In this document: positions 1-13,970 of the stretch, in pieces
Position numbering within the stretch: position 1 is the first letter of the stretch
How the letters are laid out: the number at the start of each line of letters is the position of its first letter
Assembly (NCBI GenBank): GCA_965112155.1
Contig: OZ218098.1
Reading direction: 5' to 3' (one strand)
Length of the DNA stretch: 64,000 nt
From: Podarcis liolepis
Taxonomy: Eukaryota
Position numbers and translations under genes: made by a program
The notes under the pieces: generated by a model
Told to the model about the DNA's origin: nothing
Seen by the model: the letters and a program-made list of their open reading frames with translations, nothing else
Databases searched by the model: none

Positions 1-599
1 GTAATAAGAGCACATGCAAAAGATGAAGGCGAGGGAAGATCCCAGCTGGAAACCCCAGAGAGCTGCTGCCAGTCTGTGTAAACAGCACTGGGGTAGAAAG
101 GCTAATGGCCTGGGTTGGTACAAGGCAGCTTCCTATTTAAGACTTCTGGTTTCTCTTCAGACAAACATCTCAGTGCTCTGTTCCTGGAAGCCAACAAACT
201 GGCTGTTTGTGCCCAAGGGAGAAGTGGGGCAGCAGAAAAGGTGAGTCGGCTGTTCCAAGAGCGCAGCGCCAGCAGCCTCGTGAAGGAGTTTCCTCACGGC
301 AGTGCCGAGCCCAGCAAACCACTAAAAAGCAATCTGGGAAGGAGGACGCCCGGGTGAATCACTGCTTTCTCCTCTTTTGGCAGGGAAAGAGCCCCACAGC
401 CCTTCGACAGGCTTTGCGAGTGCGACTGTCTGTTCCCTTTTTGCTCCATGGCAGAAAACCCTCCGCCTCGATATCCCCGGAGCCTCCTCGGTGCCTGCTT
501 GTTGCTTCAGCCTGAGCTGTGCTCAGCGGCTTAAAAGGAAAGAGCAGCGACAGGGCCTGCACACCGCACCGGTTGGAATCCCTGCTCGTGTGAGGGCTG

Positions 600-2200
600 C
601 GCCAGAGTCACGCACTCTCCACATGTGCAGAGGCGCTCCCACTATCCCTCGCCTGTCCCGACTGAAACCCGGCTCCTTCGGAAACTGAGCCCCGGCTGCG
701 GTTATGCGAATATCACCACCCCATTCCCCCACGCCGCCGCTTTAAATGCGGCCAGCTCAGCCTCTCCTGTTGCTGCTGGGCAGGGCCTCCCTTCATCCCC
801 ACGACGACAGCGGGATAATTGGATCAGAAGCTCCCTCCCTCTCGGCCCGAGGCAGGAGGGTGGAGGGAGCCTTCTTTTTCTTGCCCAGCGAGCTCGCGCT
901 CCTCGCTCGCCCGCCCGCAGCCCAGGCCTCTTTGCGCGGGAGTCGCGCAGCGCTCCCCTTCGGAGGTCTCCGGGGGGCTGCCTGGGTCCGCCTACCGCCC
1001 GGGAGGCGGGCCGGCCTCCCCCTCCCCAAACGCTTCGCTGTCCGCCCGGCCGCTTGAAATAGGGGGAGGGGCGACGGAGCGAACGAGAGCGAGAGTTTGC
1101 GCCGCGGGAGAGGAGCGAGAGGCGGATTGATCCAGGCAGGGTGGGCTTGGCGAGGAACGTGCCCAGCCTTTCCCCCCTCGGACGCTTCGCTAGTTGATCC
1201 CGGCGAGCCTCAGGACTCCTCTCCGAGCGTGAGTCTCCGGAGCAGCAACTTGGAGAGGTAAGTCTCCTAGTAACCTCCTCTCCCTGTGGGCTCTGCTCGG
1301 GGGCTGGACTACTCGCAGCGTCTCCAACAAGAGCCCATTCTTCTAGCAGGGAAAAGAAAGGGAGATTCTTTTTGGGTCCCCCCCCCCGTTTTGGGAGGGT
1401 GGGACCGAGGAGGTAAGTTCCTTTCTTGGAGCTGTTCCCGAGCAAGGAGCCACAGGATCCCTGTTCCCTTTTTTGCTGCGCTCGACCTCCTGCTCTGCGT
1501 CGTGGAAAAGGCGCTCCGAGCCCTTTCGCCTCGCCAGACAGAGAGCGATTGTCCTCCTCGAGGCAGCAGCTGCGGCAGCTTCGAGAAGGTAACGCAGCAG
1601 CGACTCTCGAGGGAGGGGGGGGGGAAGGATAACTGAGTCGTCTTTATTTTCCTCTCCGGACGGCTGGCGGGCGCCCGGGGCTGCTCTCGCCCTCTTTCCA
1701 CCGTCGTCGTCCTCGCTCCCCTCCTCCTCCTCTCCCCTAGTCAGGGCTGCTGCGCGTGCGGAGGCGGCGGGGCGCGAGCGCGCTCCGGGTCTCCCACGTT
1801 GCTCTCTGCGGACATTCTTTCCGCTGGATTGCGCGGGGGCAGGTAGGTCGTAGCCTCTGTCCGGGGCAAAACTGCCGCCGCCGCACCCACTTCCAAGATC
1901 TCTCCGATGAAGGAGAGTGGGAATGGGGGGCGGGGAGACATGGGTTTCTTATAACGGGTGGGAGGGACAGACGCGCTCGCCAACTTCTTCAGTTTTAAAC
2001 ATTAGGAACTAAGGATTTGGCAGCGTTCTGAACAGGTTTGTTTCATACTTGTGGTCCTCTCCCTCCTCCCCACCCCCTTTCCTGTCATCGCCAAGGCCGA
2101 TAACTTTCGGGTGGGAACCCCTCTGCTAGCGAGCACCCTCGTCTGATTGGTGCGGAACTGGGCTCGGGCGCGGGAGATAAGATGACAGAACTCCTTTGTG
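600..2200 (+). promoter_or_regulatory. PACSIN3: CpG island, probable PACSIN3 promoter and non-coding first exon(s)
   Basis: Very GC/CpG-rich stretch with strong + strand donors (GAG|gtaagt at 1258 and 1413, AAG|gtaacg at 1589). It is the only CpG island upstream of the PACSIN3 ATG exon. Boundaries approximate. Confidence 0.7.
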
Positions 2201-5200
2201 AAGGAGGATCTGGTGCGAGCTGCTTCCCACAATGAAACTGGAAGCCACAGGCCTTGCAGGGGAGTTTAGCAAGAGGGGCTGCCAAAGAGAGTAAAAGCCA
2301 CTAGGATCCTTCCCTCCACACTTATCATTCCCCCCTCCGCCATCTACAACTTGATGTTTGAAGGGCTGGGTAAAAACGCTTCTGCTTAGCCACCAAAATG
2401 AAATTTCCTCCTGCAGGAGATGACTGAATATTACAGTTCTGGGCCGATCGGAATTGATTTGTTTAAAAAGTGGGGTGCCAAATAAGAGTATACTACACAA
2501 TTGGTGATATCAAACTAAGTCATACTCTGAGTAGAGCCATTTATATTATATTATTGGCTAGCTTATACTGTAGTCTAAAATTTAGTTGTTTGTAATATAT
2601 AGATAGGATTTTTAAACTAATTTAGTATTTAAAGCTTTGGGAATTCGGACTGGAAAGAAGGGGTGGGACAGTTTCAAGCTGTATAGCTTGTACACTACAG
2701 AATTAAAATGGAAGTAGCAAACCTTGCCAGCAGAAGGTGAGATGCAAACAGCTGCAGTATTACTGCAGTTTTGTGCTGGGAGGAAAAAGTGGAAGGGAAG
2801 GTCCCCTTGTAGATGCTGAGGATATTATCTCTGTACGGTTGAGTGGCATTTTGTTGACGACTGAGGTATGGACATGCAGACACCAGGGGTTGCTCTCTGA
2901 ACCTGTGTGATCTTGTTACCTGGCTCCACAGATATTTTTATTTTTATTTTGGGTATTATTTTGTCCATGAAGGAAAGAAGCTAATATGCTGTGCTGATAT
3001 TCTTGTACAGGGAACTTAATACTGGATTTCTGTTGTAGCAAGAGAGAAAAGACCATCTGTGGTTTGTCCTTTCTTGGTCATGGAAGAGGTCAGAAGCTCC
3101 TCAAAGGAAATGTCAGAGGAGCTTTGCAAGCTGTACAAACTGTGAACCAGTATAACAGCTTTCTGTGCCAGCTAAATTTTCCCTACTTGTTGCACTTAAC
3201 ACAATCTATTTATTTGAAGGGCTGGTCAAAAGGAGGAGGGAGATAGCCACATGCAGCTTCAAATGTGCCCTTCTGGATTTCTCATACAGCAGATGGCTTC
3301 CAAAAATCACAAATACCAGGGACAGTAAAGTCAGCCATGAACCTATTTGCATGGAAATGTGTGAGGTTTTTACCGATGGTTATTAATATAATTCTCAAAT
3401 GCCTCCGATAGTATTAAAGAGTTAAAACCTTGCTTTAAAAGGCGTATGTTCATTCCACTAAACTTTACCTTGAATAACATTAAGAGGATTTGCAATTATG
3501 AAGCAGAGCGTTAAACAAATGCTGGATAGAACTGCTTCTAGGTGTGAGCCGATTGCTAGGTGGAGCAAGAATGGAATTTCTGCTACTGCATTACAGAGTT
3601 AGATGCATTGTGGCTCAGGGGAGGTTTGTTTTGCCCCTGGGTCTTCTGACAGTTCTGGCTGTTGAAGAAACTTAAGGGCTGCTTAAGTTGTCACACATAG
3701 TCACCAGGTAGGAAGTTGAAATGTGTGAAATGTACCATAATTGTCAGTCTGCCATCAGTTTTGGCTATTTTATTTTTTGAAATAGTCTTCTTCATACAAA
3801 ATAATCCCTTCAGCATGCCAAACACATGAGCCTTGCTTCTTCTCAAACCACTTTGATGTCTGCTAGGTGTAGGACCCCAGGTACTGTGAGGTATAAGATT
3901 GCTCCTCTGTTTCCACCAGCCTGACTTCTACTCTCTGCAGAACCATGTTGCTGCTTGCCCTAAACCCGGTGTATGGGGGAAACTAGAATAGGCGCAAAAA
4001 CTTTGTGGATTGTAAGACGCTGCAAAGTTAACTAGTAGTTTGTCTCTGTTCCTTACACCTTAACTGCAATACTTGTTCGATATAAATTGATGTAATAAAC
4101 TCATCCTGGAAACAACTGGAATAAGGGAAAATGTGACAACTATACTAGGCTATTTCCAGAGGTACAAGGTAGCTTTTGGCATGATAAACTGTGGTACTCA
4201 GTTCTAGGTCAGTCTTTGGTGCTTCTTTGCACTGTTAGCATATGTAATCAAGTAACTGATATCTTAAAACTTTGCCTGTTTGGGGCCTCGTGCTCAAACA
4301 GACGCCAACCACTGGTTTTATCACTTAGCATCACCCCAGCAGATCTGTAAATCTTTAAAGCAGGCTGAATACACCATCCTAAAGCAGATCTCTCCTCTTG
4401 CCCTCCTGTCAGGGGACCTAACATTTTAGGCCCATTTACCAGGTTTAATTGAAATAAGGGTTGAATTCCTTTATCTTCATATGCCAGCTTGAAACATAGT
4501 TTGATTAGCTGAAGAAAAACATCCTGGCGGAGGGCACGTTTCACTGCCTTGTATAGCAAATGGGTCAGTTCCTGACCTGGGAGACCATGGAAGCCCTAGA
4601 AGCTCAAAAAGAAGTCATAACATGTATAGCGGCATTTAGGAATGGAGCATATATGTGTAGTGATGAGTTCACAAGGTTTAAGCTAAAGAGGCATTATCTT
4701 TTGCAAGTTACTATGCATGTATTTGTTTATTATTTGTGCCCTGCTCTTCACTGAATGGTCCCAGGGTGAGTTACAAAAATAACACAATTAAAACAGGGAC
4801 AAATATATATTAAAACCAGAATATAAAACAACAAACTAGCCAATGACAAAGTGAACAAAACAACAGCACAGAATAGTAATGTAGGAGGAGGAAAAACACC
4901 TACCCCAAAAACACCCTATGTAAAGAGAGGTGACCCCCAACAAGGAGCTTCCTGATGCTCCAATATGCCCCTTGTGGGGGGTTGTCATCCCACAACCGGG
5001 ACATCTTCTAGACCAAAGTGCCATATTGTGTATGTGTGTGCATTTCATAGCTTGTGCTGTGCACATACTTTGTGCACTGAGTATCCAAGTACGAAAGTAA
5101 TCAACTGCTTGATCTGTGTGTCAATAGTGAGAAACGTACGTGTGGCCTGTACTGATTAATATATTTGAAGGAAACTGTGACTAATCTATCCTGTTGAAGT

Positions 5201-7651
5201 ACAATATTGTAAATCTGTTCTGCTTTAGCATTGTAAACGTGTTTCCTTATGGCATTCCTCCTCTCGCTACTGAACTCCTTTCCTAAAAGACCTTTTCTCG
5301 CTGGAGAAGATAAGCTTACCTTATCCATTCCTGCTGAATGGAATGCTCTATTGCCCATTTGGAATGGTGGCTTTTGGCTTCAGTGAGTGAGGAGGGGAAA
5401 TGGGCAAGGGAAGCTGCCCAGGGAAGCTGTTGGAATGCTAGTGACAGGAGGGTGGGTTCTCTGCCTTACTGCCACCCAATTATTTTATACGATTTGTGCT
5501 GTGTTTGTGATGCTCTATTGTTTTATTTTGTTAGTGCTATTTATCATTTGTAAGCCCCTTTGCAATTCATTTGAATGAAATGTGGCATAGAAAAATAATA
5601 AATGAAATCAATCAAATCCTGGCCACTACTGCCTACAAAAAAAATCCCACACATTCAGCATGGTAGGGTGATGACACTGGACTATTCTACAGGGACACAT
5701 TTGGCAAGCTAGCGTAGCCCATGCTCTCTCAGCCATATTTCCACATTATTATATAGGTATAATAATGATACTCTTTTCCCACAACACATTGCAAACTTGT
5801 GGCATCACTTTTCTTTGGTATGAGGTAAGAGTTGAAAGATCATGAACTCTGTTGTTACATTTTTGTTTTTAGTAGACATATTAGTGCCTGTTCACAGCCA
5901 CACAAAAATCCTGAATGATAATAATGTGGGACAGCAGTCACTTCTCTACCAGGAAAGACCAAAAAAGGAAGTTCCTTCTCCAGACTTCTCTTTGTTGAAC
6001 TGAGTAGCTCTGCTTCTTTGAATATCAGTCACTGTTATTTCATTCATTGCTTGCAAACACTGAAATATGGGAGCAAACCTGACTAAACAAGTGCTTTATT
6101 TTTTAACAGGATAGCTGGGGATTATGGTCCATTTGTGGGGTGCTGCTTCGCTTGTGAATTGTACCTCAGATGCTCCAGGCTAAACATGTAGTGTTAGATG
6201 AACCAAGGCGCTAGCCTCATTCTGCAAATCTGCCTTGACTTTTTTTTCCATTAAAAAAAACTTTTGGGTGCTTTAAATAAAACTGAACTGATCGGTGCTG
6301 CCTGTCATTAAAACAACATTCTTCTAGACTTGAACTAAACATGCCCAAGGCACTAATTGCATTACTTCCAACTTCCTGATGAACTCTAGAGGTAGCCTGC
6401 CTAGTATTCTCCATGCTGAGTTTGTTCATACAACACAGAATATTCTTCCTGCATAACAAAAACATTTCTGCATTTAGACAGAGATGGATGTTGGAAGGCA
6501 AGAAAACTCAAGCTCTTTCTGACCAGGATCTGGCATTAATATGTTAGCAACATAATATGATAGTACAGTATTAGTATATGTCTTCTGTTGAGATGGATAT
6601 GTATCAGTTGGGTAAAAGCTGAAATACAAAGTCAGCTATTGGGAACCATACAGAACAGCAAAGATGTCTTAGGGCAGCAGCTACTACTTTGTTTACAAAG
6701 CTTTATAGAGGCTTCAGTAAAATCCACCTTAAAGGTGAAGGCCTTGCTATAACTATATGGGAAAGCTAAAAACAGTGGTCTGTCCTATGGAACTCAGTTG
6801 AATTGCTCATACTGATGTTCTTATTGCCTTCTGCTAACCTTTAATGTTTGAAAATCCGTAACAATTTTCTGTAGGTATATTTACAATGGTATAAATAACT
6901 AGACATAGTAGCTGCTTCATTCAAGAGCAAAATGTTGAGTTGAATGAGGTGACTAGTGAAGCTATACAGGATTTTCATTCTTCTGTTTGATTCTTAAACT
7001 GCATTCTCAGTTATACGTTGTATGGGTTGAGCTTCGTAGATTATCACTTAAAAAACCTATTCTGTTTTCCAAAGAAAGGTATTATTGAGATGCTGTATTG
7101 CGGGATTCCAGATCCTGAGACTGGATATTCTGTGAAATACTTTTAATTTCTTTTTGGGGGGACAGAAAATAAAGAATTTCAAATTTAGACTGAACTGGAA
7201 CAGATATGCTTGTTGCTTATACGGTTGAGAAGTTTGCTTCTCAATTGGCTGTGCTTCCTTTAAAACCAAGATGAGCACTCTGTGGTCCTCCTGATGATAT
7301 TGGACTCCATCCCCCAACATGCCTGACCATGGGCCATGCTGGCTGGTGGGAGCTGTGGGCCACAGGTTCCCCATCGCTGCTGTAAAACAAGGATGGCCAG
7401 CTGGTGACCTGTGAGTGACCTCCAGTCCTGAAATTAACTTTTTTTCAGGCCCCTATTAAATTTCAATCATGATAATAGTAACATATTTTCTAAAGTTTTC
7501 CTTTTGAAAAGGAAACAGTTTTCAAAAGTTGCAAGATGTCATACTGCTATAAATACAAAAGCTAAAGAGAGATGCAGTTCTCTGCCATGTGCGCTATGAC
7601 TTTGGAGCCCTTACTGTTAGATGATGCCAACTATGTTGCAGGACCTGAATG

Positions 7652-7897
7652 CAGTGGTACCTCTGGATGCGAACAGGATCCGTTCCGGAGCCCTGTTCGC
7701 ATCCAGGAGCGAATGCAACCTGCGCCTGCGCGGGTCGCGACTTGCTGCTTCTGTGCATGCGCGTGATGTCATTTTGACCATCTGCGCATTCGCGAGCTGC
7801 GAAACCTGGAAGTAACACGCTCCGTTACTTCCGGGTCGCCGCAGCGCGCAACCCGAAAATACTTATCCCGAAGCTGCTTCAACCCGAGGTATGACTG
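7652..7897. mobile_element. Tc1/mariner(Tigger)-type non-autonomous DNA transposon (MITE)
   Basis: Ends CAGTGGTACCTC...GAGGTATGACTG followed by TA; CpG-rich interior; termini resemble the other CAGTGGTACC MITEs in the window. Confidence 0.7.
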
Positions 7898-7919
7898 TAC
7901 TGATAAAATGTTCAGACTA

Positions 7920-8935
7920 GTGGAATTTTTCAAACAGGACAGGAAAATCGGTTTCCAGGTGGAAAAATCAAAATTAGAAACTGAACTGTTAGAACCCAAC
8001 ACTAAGAATTTATCTAGAATGTATAACTTGTTGCTGAAATGGAATACACAGGATGAAACAGTTAAATCGGCTATGATTAAGTGGGCACAGGATGTTGGAC
8101 ATAACATTATGTCAGCTGACTGGGAATGGTTATGGAACACCGGCATTAAGTTTACGGCATGTAATGCCTTAAAGGAAAACATTATGAAAATGGTTTATAG
8201 GTGGTACATGACCCCAGTCAAGCTGGCAAAAATCTATCATTTGCCCGATAACAAATGTTGGAAGTGTAAAGAGTCTGAAGGTATCTTCTACCACCTTTGG
8301 TGGACATGCCCGAAGATTAAGGCCTTCTGGGAAATGATCTATAATGAAATGAAAAAGGTACTCAAATGTACCTTTTCTAAAAAACCAGAGGCCTTTCTCT
8401 TGGGCATTGTCGGCCAATTGGTGACAAAGAAGGATAGAACTTTTTTCATGTACGCTACAACAGCAGCAAGAATACTCATTGCAAAGTATTGGAAGACACA
8501 AGATTTACCCACTCTGGAAGAATGGCAGATGAAAGTGATGGACTATATGACATTGGCCGAGATGACAGGCAGAATCCGTGACCAACGAAAAGAGACGGTG
8601 GAAGAAGAATGGAGAAAATTTAAAAGTTATCTTAAGGACTACTATAAACTTAATGAATGCTAAAATGTTGTGGTTTTCAGAAACAAAGGGGTACAGGGAT
8701 ATAAGGTTAGAATTTAAAAGAGGACTAAGATGACAGAGATTGGAAAGTAACAATTGGGAGTTGCTAGTTGAATTATGGACATTGGGATGCAGGGAGGGGG
8801 GGTATGGGGAAGTCCAAGAAAAGAGGTTTATGAAAATATGTTTGAAACTATACGTGTATGTTTGTCATTTTTAGTGTTTGTTTTTCTTAAAAATTTTGTA
8901 AAACCAATAAAAATCTTATAAAGAAAAAAAAAAAA
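7920..8935 (+). mobile_element. 5'-truncated L1-clade LINE (ORF2 C-terminus, 3' UTR, polyA)
   Basis: Uninterrupted ORF to 8663 with CCHC knuckle CWKC...HLWWTC; AATAAA and A-tail; perfect 18-bp TSD GATAAAATGTTCAGACTA at 7902-7919 and 8936-8953. Confidence 0.93.
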
Positions 8936-9652
8936 GATAAAATGTTCAGACTAACCGGCCAAATAAATTTCGGGCCCCAGCCCACCATCTGGAGAGTATA
9001 GTGACTCCTGAGACTATAGAAGTTGGCCTTCCCTTCTCTAACCTTTACACTGACATTACATGGGTATGGATTGCTATATGTGGTGTAAAGAAGGGAGAGG
9101 TCAGAATACTGGCAAGCTCCCCACATCTCTCTCTAGTCATCTGTGTCAGCACTTGCCTCGCATAATCCACAGTCTTCAAAAGAGGTAGCTGAACACAGTA
9201 TTGACCACACAATGCCTCCTACACAGTAGTTTCTAGTCAATTACAGGGCCAGTTTCTGCTTGCTAGTACTGAGCTGTCATATCAGTGGACTAGCATAGGG
9301 TAGGTTTAAATCACTGACATCAGAACTATGCTACAAAATATATGGGATTGAGTTAAAAAGTGTTTTTCTTTTTATTTACAATGTTGTAGTGTTCACTGTT
9401 GCTTCTGTAACGTGCCTTGATGATGCAAATGAACTGCTCTGATCGGTTGGTAACCTTTTACGTAACTAACTTTATCACAAGTTAAGACAAGTTCTGTCTG
9501 AAGAAGGTATGAAAAAGCCATTCTGGGAATAGGCTTGGTAAATATCTTAAGGTCACACAAAAATGAGAATGTAAGAAAGGTTGTCTTATCATCTATCTAT
9601 CTATATCTATCTTCTGTTTTCAGATGCCCTCTAGCAGATAATAAGCCTAGGG

Positions 9653-9893
9653 CAGGGGTCAGCAAACTTTTTCAGCAGGGGGCTGGTCCACTGTCCCTCA
9701 GACCTTGTGGGGGGCTGGACTATATTTTGGAGGGGGAAAAATGAACGAATTTCTATGCCCCACAAATAACCCAGAGATGCATTTTAAATAAAAGCACACA
9801 GTCTACTCATGTAAAAACACGCTGATCCGCGGGCCAGATTTAGAAGGCGATTGGGCCGGATCCGGCCCCTGGGCCTTAGTTTGCCTACCCATG
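9653..9893. mobile_element. hAT-type MITE
   Basis: CAGGGGTCAGCAAAC...TTTGCCTACCCATG termini; perfect 8-bp TSD GCCTAGGG (9645-9652, 9894-9901); a second copy lies at 45294-45545. Confidence 0.85.
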
Positions 9894-12775
9894 GCCTAGG
9901 GTTAAACTCCTTAACTGATTTGTTGTGTATCACCTAGGGCTGTAGAAATTGATGGGATTTGCTACTTTTCAGGCCACTTAGTGTTTGTCCCATCCAGCAG
10001 TTTACCTTGGTAATCCTCAAAATAAACCTGGCAGGCCAGTATTACTCTGCTCCCATATTAGAAACGGGTGAGAAAGATGAAGCTGAGAGAGAAGCTCTTA
10101 CTAAGGCCAAGCAGTGAATTAATAGTGGGGCTGAGCATTGGACTAGAGATCAAGCTCATTGCGTATGCTCTTAACCTTGCACAGTGTAAAAGTGTGTGCC
10201 TCGGCATGTCTGATACTGGTTCTAAGGCATGTCTGCACACTCATTGGTTCTCTGGTTTCAGAGCATCTCTTCCTTAGTTCCTGATGTGTTTGGATTTTCC
10301 CTAAGCTTGACTTGAATAATCAATCATATGGTTAATGTTAGATTTTTAAGAAGGTCCACTGTCATAACAAGTCACTTATATAGCTGTTTATAGCAGAAGA
10401 GCCTGACATATCAGACCCCCAATATTGTATATCTGAAGTCCATAGTGGAAAATGTTTTGTTTAATCACAAGTGTTTATAGCCCAATGGTAGCTGCTTTTT
10501 CTTTAACCATTGCATCAAACAGCCTTTTGCCAATGCCCACTCCTTCCTCTCTCCACTCCCCGGTAAGATTGAATGAAAACCGAGGGACATAAAGATGGTG
10601 TTTCGAAGTGGTTTCGTCAGCTTTGATGTGCATTGTAGCCACCATGACCTATTTCAAAATTAAACATTGATTGATCCTGGTTTAAACAGGTTTTGCTTCA
10701 GGTTTAAGTGTACTTGTTTGGCTACAATTGGAATCCTACAAAAAATAAAAGTTTTATTGGTGAATCTTAACAGTTGAATTACCAGCTCTAGAGGAATGCA
10801 TAGTATGCAGTTTGTCTAGTCTCCTCTCATCCTGATCAACTTTTTAAAGTGGTTAACTCTCAAGTGGACTTTGCTCAAAGTCTAAACTAATTTCTTCTAT
10901 GATGCTCCTGCCCATTTTGTTGCACACGCTTCTTGTGAGCTTGTCTTTTTACTGCCTGTGCTTGGGAGTAGGGACTGCGAAACAACAGTGCAACCCAACA
11001 TTGGCATTGTTGAGCTTAGAGGAGGAGTTCTTTCTATGTACCTTGATAAAGAGTAGGAAGTAATCTGCAGTACAAGGTGGCATGGCAAACATCTAAGGGA
11101 AAGCATACAGCTGTGTTTTCAAGTTGTTTCTGTTTTTATCCCCAGCCTTTTCCCCTTTATCAGTGTGTGTTTTCTTCTTTGCTGCTCAGGATTTCTTCAA
11201 ATGACTAGTTTTTCTAGGCTGAAGTCCTTAGCAGATGTCTACACCTGGATAAGGCAATTGCTGAAGGCTATGGGTGGTTCTACTAAATCACATGACCTGC
11301 TATGTATAACCTTATACAGAAATTGCTCTCTGTATATTTGCTGTGTGCTTTTGCCAACATCTAAATGGAGTTAGTTGTGGTGGACAACAGAGTTAGTGAT
11401 CCCAAACTGGAAGCATCTTGATAAGTCTCGCCTGTGCTTATAATATGTCTGACAGAGGGCTGCGGAGATAGTATCTGAAACAGAAAACCTGGGATTAAAA
11501 GACTCTAATTTTACAGAATGCAGACTAGGGCTCTTCTTCTGGAGTGAGATCATGATTCTCCATGTAGAACTGGGCAGGGTGTGCGAGGGTGTATGGAGAG
11601 AAACAATTTGCCAGCAATACTAACTGGGTGAAGAAACATTCTGAGGAATGTGCCTATAGGGAGGTAATTACATTCTCAGAAACCAGCTATCAGTCTAAAG
11701 GGTTTGGGTTGTAAACCCAGCTAATGCTAGCAACATCCTTCCACTTGAGCCCATGAGCTCAGCGCTTTTCAGAAAGTGTCAATACAGTGATGACAATTTA
11801 ATGCATATAGTGCAAACTTTGTTTTGCAGCTCTAGAATATTGTGGCAGAAGCTGCATGGCCAAGAAGAGAGTATACATCCCACACCAAGATTCTATTTTT
11901 CGTATAACACTATCTTCTGTTAAAAAATAATGTAAATATTTGTAATAAAACAAAGTAATGAGGAGGAAGCATTATTTTGCACAGTATTGTGTGCATTACG
12001 CAGGCACAATTACTACTGGAACCAAGTGGAAATCAGCAGTGGACCAGTTTTAAGAATTGCCAGCTAACTTCCTTTTTTCCAGCAGGGATGTACCACAGTT
12101 AGTTCCTCATGCCCATTGTTTTGAAAGGGACATTGGAACAGTGTCTTGTTGGGGGGAAATAACACAGTTGCATCCTGCATTCCTAAACATTAAAGCTTTG
12201 GCAATGTGGCGAGGAACATAATTGTGCTATAATGTCATCTTGTTTCTGTGAGCTGTTGTATGGCTTCAAACAGTCTTTTTTCAATATGTGAAAAAAATAA
12301 ATTGGCACGTCTGGAAAAAACTGTCTAGCTTAACTTTCTCAGATGGTCACTTTTAAGTTGGTTTTGTTTTTGTTTTAAATGGGGGAAGAGTCAGGCAAGC
12401 ACATCCCACATGCAGCTTGAAGTGGTCCACAACCCCTTGGTTCTGCTGATTGGCATGAGAGTGCAAATAGATAACGTTATTAGATCAGACTCTGGTTTTA
12501 TGATGTGCCGAACCTTTAAAGCAGCTGTGGTTGATGGGAGCTGGAGAGCACGAAACATTTGGAAGTCAGCAAAGGCTGTTCTAAAGCAAAATTCCCCTAT
12601 GAAGCATGGGCTAAGCAGATCTGGTTGGTGGCATCTCACTCTAGCCCAGGACAGATCATAAGGAAGAAAGTGGCATCATACGTGGTTAGAGGCATAGACT
12701 GCAGAGGAGTGAAAAGCTGTTACTGGCAACTTCTCATCAATCAGTAGGAAGATCCAGATATAAAACATACAGAGA

Positions 12776-12925
12776 TTATTATTATTATTATTTATTATTC
12801 ATACCCCACCCATCTGGCTGAGTTTCCCCAGCCACTCTGGGCGGCTTCCAATCGAGTGTTAAAAACAATACAGCATTAAATATTAAAAACTTCCCTAAAT
12901 AGGGCTGCCATCAGATGTCTTTTAA
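12776..12925 (-). mobile_element. L2-type LINE 3' end with (TAA)n tail
   Basis: (TTA)n run followed by sequence similar to the L2 3' end at 46362-46730. Confidence 0.6.
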
Positions 12926-13459
12926 AGATGTCCATGTTGCACAGCTGGAAAGTTAAAAGTTTTAGGACCTAATTGGGGGAAAGTACAGTGAGTTGGAAGG
13001 GCACCTCCAGAGGCTCACAGAGGCTCCGCTTTGAAAGAGAGCCCTCATTATACTTTTTAGAATGTAGCTCTAAGTACTGTACTTGGGATTTTCAGAGTAG
13101 TTACTTCCATTCCACTGGCACTAACCATCCTTCGAATGTTGTTTCTATTTGAGGACTAAATGGTACATTTTTTTTAATGTTGAGAGAGCTGATAAATCAG
13201 TTAAATCTGGTCTCCTTTCCATGCTGAGGAAAATGTCGTCATCAAGGTTGTTGTTTTCCATAATTTACCATTTATTAAGGAAAATAATAAAACACAGCAA
13301 ATTCGTAACTATTTGTTATGAATCATGCCAATTTTTGTAAATCAACGCTCATAAAAACGTTCTGGTAACATGTCTGAGCACATCTAAATTCATAGGTTTT
13401 AAACTCCATTCTGTACTTTCACTTTCAATAAATTTGAATCAATATCGTAACATCTATTC

Positions 13460-13970
13460 TTCTTTTTTTAAAAAAAATTATTAAAGTTTTCTTGGTTTAC
13501 AAAGGTATGCGCAATGTCTCTTTTTTCAAGTTACATTTTCCATAGGTCAGTTTCATCTGTTGAGACATTAGGGTTACATTAGGAAGAAGGGGGGTGGAGG
13601 GGGGAAAGGCGAGTGGGGGTGGGAGGCAGTGTTTCTATTTTTCTTAATGTATGTGTGATGGGTTTTGTGTCAGAGTCGCTTGTGCGGGTTTTCTTTACTA
13701 TTCGCTTTTGTTTCTTTGCTGGTGAGAGAGGTTGGGGTTGGCCTCGGGTGTGGTTCCTTGTTTGTGATTGGCTGTGTTGAACTTTGTTTTCATGTGTGAG
13801 TGGGGTGGGTAGGTGTTTTTTTGAATCAGGTTAGCCGTATTGATTCGTATGCTGTTGATGGATTCTTGTCGTTGTCTTGTTGGGCTGTGTATGTGATAAA
13901 GAGGAGCCATACCGGGGTGAAGGTATCTTCTTCTATTTGTCCGCTTGTCAGTTTCAGGTTTTTCATGGAT
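13460..13970 (-). mobile_element. L1-clade LINE 3' fragment
   Basis: A-rich tail on the minus strand near 13460; 3' UTR-like segment; ORF end KLTSGQIEEDTFTPVWLLFITY resembles L1 ORF2 C-termini. No clear TSD. Confidence 0.55.

Noticed and set aside
14-2500. Many overlapping 60-250 aa ORFs on both strands
   Set aside because: GC-rich CpG island with few stop codons; low-complexity Arg/Pro/Gly translations and no recognisable domain. No DDB2-like exon was recognised.
7908-8663. 251-aa ORF as a host gene
   Set aside because: It is the L1 ORF2 C-terminus bounded by a TSD and a polyA tail.
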